Shown here piece by piece: positions 60,937 to 64,000 of a DNA stretch of 64,000 nt. Every line of letters starts with the position of its first letter. The stretch's first letter is position 1. Source of the DNA: an uncultured archaeon (GTDB lineage Archaea > Thermoproteota > Nitrososphaeria_A > Caldarchaeales > Wolframiiraptoraceae). The notes below the pieces were generated by a model, which saw nothing but the letters and a program-made list of their open reading frames with translations, was not told the DNA's origin and did not search any database. The position numbers and the translations under genes were made by a program. Location: NCBI GenBank assembly GCA_938083505.1, contig CALKCF010000004.1, forward strand, positions 93,630-157,629, given 5' to 3'.

Positions 60937-61839
60937 ATGCCCTTCTACACCTACGACGACGTACTACGCATATCGAAGCTGATCCAGGAGATACCATGTG
61001 AGGTAAGTGAGGAACTTAGGGGGTGGAATTGGCATACCCCGCCACTCCTGTCGGCCCATACTGTCCAAATAAACGTTTCGGATCTAAGCTTCTCCTGTCA
61101 GACAGGTAGGTTAGCGTTTCTGCGGTATAAAATGAACGTAAAGGAGCGGGATGATGAAAGGCTACATTTCGGTGCCTTCATCCACAAGGTAATATCGATG
61201 ATAACATCTAACGTCAAATCGCTACTCTATAATTCTACTCCGCAGAGCGGTGGTGAGTTATACGAGAAGATGATCAAGAGAATGGAAGACATATTGGCCG
61301 TACAGGATCTACCCGCGATTTACATCAAAACTTTCAAAGTTCTCTGGAATAGGGCGGCTCTAACTTATTCCTCCTCACTTGACAAGACTCTCGAACTCTC
61401 GAAATATTTGAGTATAGACGGGCTAGTCAGTAGAGTTGTCCCATGGATCTGCGAGTTCCCATTGGATGGTAGATTGCTTGGATTAAATAGAGCTGTCAGG
61501 ATAGATGCACTGGTCCCTCCCACACTGATCATAGAATTTAAGACGAGAAAACCGAACAGGAGCGCAGAGGTTGCACTAGCCGCGTATGCGCTTATCTTCG
61601 AGTGCTTGTATAAAATACCTGTTAATCATGCTGTTATTCTATATATAGAATTCGGGGCAGATGCTAGCTCCTTCAAAACCTATGAGAAAGTGCTAAGGAT
61701 AGATGACTCCTTAAGGCTCGAGTTCGTAGAGAAGAGGGACCTGTATGCAAGTAAGGCATCTCTAGATGTTGATCCCGGCCTATCTGCGGACTGTGACCCT
61801 TACTGCCCTTACTTGAGCGTGTGTAGAAATGGGGGCTAA
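60937..61839 (+). CDS. csa1: Csa1 (Cas4-like) protein
   Basis: VSEELRGWNW, IEFK, C-terminal C..CP...C. Confidence 0.9.
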   Translation: MPFYTYDDVLRISKLIQEIPCEVSEELRGWNWHTPPLLSAHTVQINVSDLSFSCQTGRLAFLRYKMNVKERDDERLHFGAFIHKVISMITSNVKSLLYNSTPQSGGELYEKMIKRMEDILAVQDLPAIYIKTFKVLWNRAALTYSSSLDKTLELSKYLSIDGLVSRVVPWICEFPLDGRLLGLNRAVRIDALVPPTLIIEFKTRKPNRSAEVALAAYALIFECLYKIPVNHAVILYIEFGADASSFKTYEKVLRIDDSLRLEFVEKRDLYASKASLDVDPGLSADCDPYCPYLSVCRNGG

Positions 61840-62818
61840 GACGGCGCTTATTGACCAATATGGCGCTTTTCTGGGAGTAAAGCAGGGAAGATTCGTGTTA
61901 AAGACCGGGAAGGAGGTAAAGTGGGATCTGTCCCCGGCAGAGTTGGAGAGTATCGTGATAACCAGTGAGGGAGTTTCGATCTCCTCGGCAGCTATAATGC
62001 TGGCCATGTCCTTCGGTGTTGACTTAGTGTTCATGCGTAACTCTAAGCCGGTGGGAAGGATAATCCCGTATAAGTATGGCACGCTGATGAGGAATTGGGC
62101 TCTTCAACTTAAGCTTCATGAAAGCGGGGGTTCGCTCTACATCGCCGAGAAGATTCTGGAAGGCAAGCTCTATAATCAGAGAATGGTTCTGCTCGAATAC
62201 GCTAGGAGATTTAAGGGAAGTGGAAGAGATGCTCGAGCCCTTGAGGAAGGTGCGAATAAGATAATGGATAGGATCGTCGAACTGGGGCATGCACATAGTG
62301 TGGAAGATTTAATTGTGGTGGAGGGTCATGCTGCTAAGGCATATTGGACTGCCATTTCACATATACTCCCAGAGGAGATTGGTTTTAACCACCGATACAC
62401 TAGGAGCAATCCACCACCAGGTGAGCCAGACCCATTTAATATCGCGCTAAACATAGGATACGGTCTTTTGAGGAAGGAGGTCTGGAGGGCTGTCTTTTTG
62501 GCCGGGCTCAATCCCTACCTTGGCTTCCTACATAAACCTAGAGGTGGAAGACCTGCGCTGGTTCTTGACCTGATGGAGGAGTTCAGGCCGATATCGGTGG
62601 ATAGACCGCTAGTTGGGCTGGCCAAAACCAATAAGAACGTCATCCTAGAACTTGCTAAGAAAGATAGCAAGGCACCCAGGATCATATGGTCGCATATACT
62701 CAAATACATGAAGGAAAGCACCCCTCCCCACACAGAGCTAATAAACTCACAGGCGAGAAAGCTACTCCTCCATCTTCAAGGCGTGCACAAGTACGAGCCG
62801 TACAAGTCTAGGTGGTGA
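61829..62818 (+). CDS. cas1: Cas1 integrase
   Basis: EGHAAKAYW, DPFNIALNIGY, GFLH, DLMEEFRP. Confidence 0.97.
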   Translation: MGAKTALIDQYGAFLGVKQGRFVLKTGKEVKWDLSPAELESIVITSEGVSISSAAIMLAMSFGVDLVFMRNSKPVGRIIPYKYGTLMRNWALQLKLHESGGSLYIAEKILEGKLYNQRMVLLEYARRFKGSGRDARALEEGANKIMDRIVELGHAHSVEDLIVVEGHAAKAYWTAISHILPEEIGFNHRYTRSNPPPGEPDPFNIALNIGYGLLRKEVWRAVFLAGLNPYLGFLHKPRGGRPALVLDLMEEFRPISVDRPLVGLAKTNKNVILELAKKDSKAPRIIWSHILKYMKESTPPHTELINSQARKLLLHLQGVHKYEPYKSRW

Positions 62819-63096
62819 ATTTGCTTACTCTCGTGATTTATGACATAACGGATGACGAGTTGAGAAATAAAGTTGCTGACTTTCTCAAGCTTAAAGGGTT
62901 GAAGAGGATTCAGAAGAGCGCTTTTCTTGGAGATCTCACCTATAGCGAGAGAGTTAACCTTGAAGCCGGGATCCGTCATTTGATTAAAGACGCTAAGGCA
63001 AATGTGCAAATCTACCCCTTAACCCCTGCCAGCTACAGCCAGAGAATAGTGATAGGTGTAGAGCTGAGCTACGAAGATGAGGAATACTTGGTGTAG
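62812..63096 (+). CDS. cas2: Cas2
   Basis: VIYDITDD, RIQKSAFLG. Confidence 0.97.
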   Translation: MVNLLTLVIYDITDDELRNKVADFLKLKGLKRIQKSAFLGDLTYSERVNLEAGIRHLIKDAKANVQIYPLTPASYSQRIVIGVELSYEDEEYLV

Positions 63097-63099
63097 CCC

Positions 63100-63702
63100 T
63101 TGAGCTATGAAGAGGGAGATATAACTGTTGTAGAGCTCAAGAGGTATGCGTACTGCCCCCGTATACTGTTTATAACGCACGTACTCCACTTAGACGAGGT
63201 CGTAAGCGAGGCGATGGAGGCCGGACTTGAGCAACATGACGATGCCATAATCACACCCATAGTTGCGAAACTGAAGGCGCTGAGGGTTCTAAGATCCATC
63301 GAGCTCCGGAGTGAGCTGCTTAAAATGGGTGGCAAACCAGACTACTTGATAATAACTAGGAACAAAGAATACATTCCAGTAGAGGTTAAATGGGCCTCCT
63401 CGGATAAGGGGCGCGTAAGGTGGGATCACAAACTACAGCTCGCCGCCTATGCCCTCTTGGTTGAGGAGAACTTCAAGACAACAGTCAAGAGAGGATACAT
63501 CTACTATCTAAAAGATAGACGAGTCGCAGGGCTTGTGATCGATGAGGGGCTGAAAAACCTCACCAGAAGGATCGTAGAAAACATACACAAGATTATCTTA
63601 GAAGAGAGGGACCCAGGAATTGTATCTCCACCGACCAGGTGCGTAAACTGCGGATATAAGGCCTACTGTAGACCAGGGTTAAAGCTCAGGAGACCTATAT
63701 AA
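63100..63702 (+). CDS. cas4: Cas4
   Basis: YCPR, PD...PVEVK, QLAAY, CVNCGYKAYC. Confidence 0.95.
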   Translation: MSYEEGDITVVELKRYAYCPRILFITHVLHLDEVVSEAMEAGLEQHDDAIITPIVAKLKALRVLRSIELRSELLKMGGKPDYLIITRNKEYIPVEVKWASSDKGRVRWDHKLQLAAYALLVEENFKTTVKRGYIYYLKDRRVAGLVIDEGLKNLTRRIVENIHKIILEERDPGIVSPPTRCVNCGYKAYCRPGLKLRRPI

Positions 63703-63836
63703 AGGAAGCCACTCCAGAGGTGGTCCTGGAATGTAGAAAAGCCCAAAAAGCCGAAAAAGATGCGAATTACGAAAATCGGACAGGAAAATCTGCGTTAAAC
63801 TTAAATATTACTGCATAACCAAGATAAATAGTTTCA
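63703..63836 (+). promoter_or_regulatory. CRISPR leader
   Basis: Non-coding A-rich segment between cas4 and the first repeat, with a TATA-like CTTAAATA near 63800. Confidence 0.7.
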
Positions 63837-64000
63837 CTTGAATCCGGAAAGGAATTGAAAGTGAATAATATTACACCTTTGGGCGAGATATCGGCCCGAG
63901 CTTGAATCCGGAAAGGAATTGAAAGGGTCGCCGATGAAAAATCGATATTTGTGTTCAAAGTCGGTCTCCTCTTGAATCCGGAAAGGAATTGAAAGGCAGT
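63837..64000 (+). CRISPR. CRISPR array (truncated by window end)
   Basis: Identical 25-bp repeats CTTGAATCCGGAAAGGAATTGAAAG at 63837, 63901 and 63971; spacers of 39 and 45 nt. Confidence 0.98.

Noticed and set aside
63862-63970. Self-targeting spacers
   Set aside because: No match to either spacer noticed within the window by eye; a proper search was not possible

Overview
Archaeal chromosomal segment, most likely from a thermophilic TACK-superphylum archaeon (Aigarchaeota/Nitrososphaerota-like; inferred from the crenarchaeal-type SSB, class I LysRS, G1P dehydrogenase, type I-A Cas locus and several C/D sRNAs). Most of it is housekeeping: purA, guaB, two purP-family genes, taw1, lysS, valS, dtdA, rps4, rps11, moaB/C/E, egsA, geranylgeranyl reductase, split fumarase, NAD salvage, a 2-oxoacid:ferredoxin oxidoreductase operon and DNA-repair genes. 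It ends in a complete type I-A CRISPR-Cas locus and the first three repeats of an array. The most interesting signals are not in the ORF track: (1) an orphan SegB-like ribbon-helix-helix gene beside a ~330-bp AT-rich segment bounded by 37-bp inverted arms made of four AGGTWWACCT palindromes spaced 21 bp apart, a candidate centromere-like or origin-like site with no SegA; (2) a tRNA-Cys with an apparent BHB intron at position 8/9 and a duplicated 5' exon; (3) four clear C/D-box guide sRNAs with inferable rRNA/tRNA targets; (4) several frameshifted genes, including a DNA methyltransferase interrupted at TTT-CTT-TAA; (5) an oxidoreductase gamma/delta gene with no canonical start codon. All family assignments come from motif recognition, not database searches.
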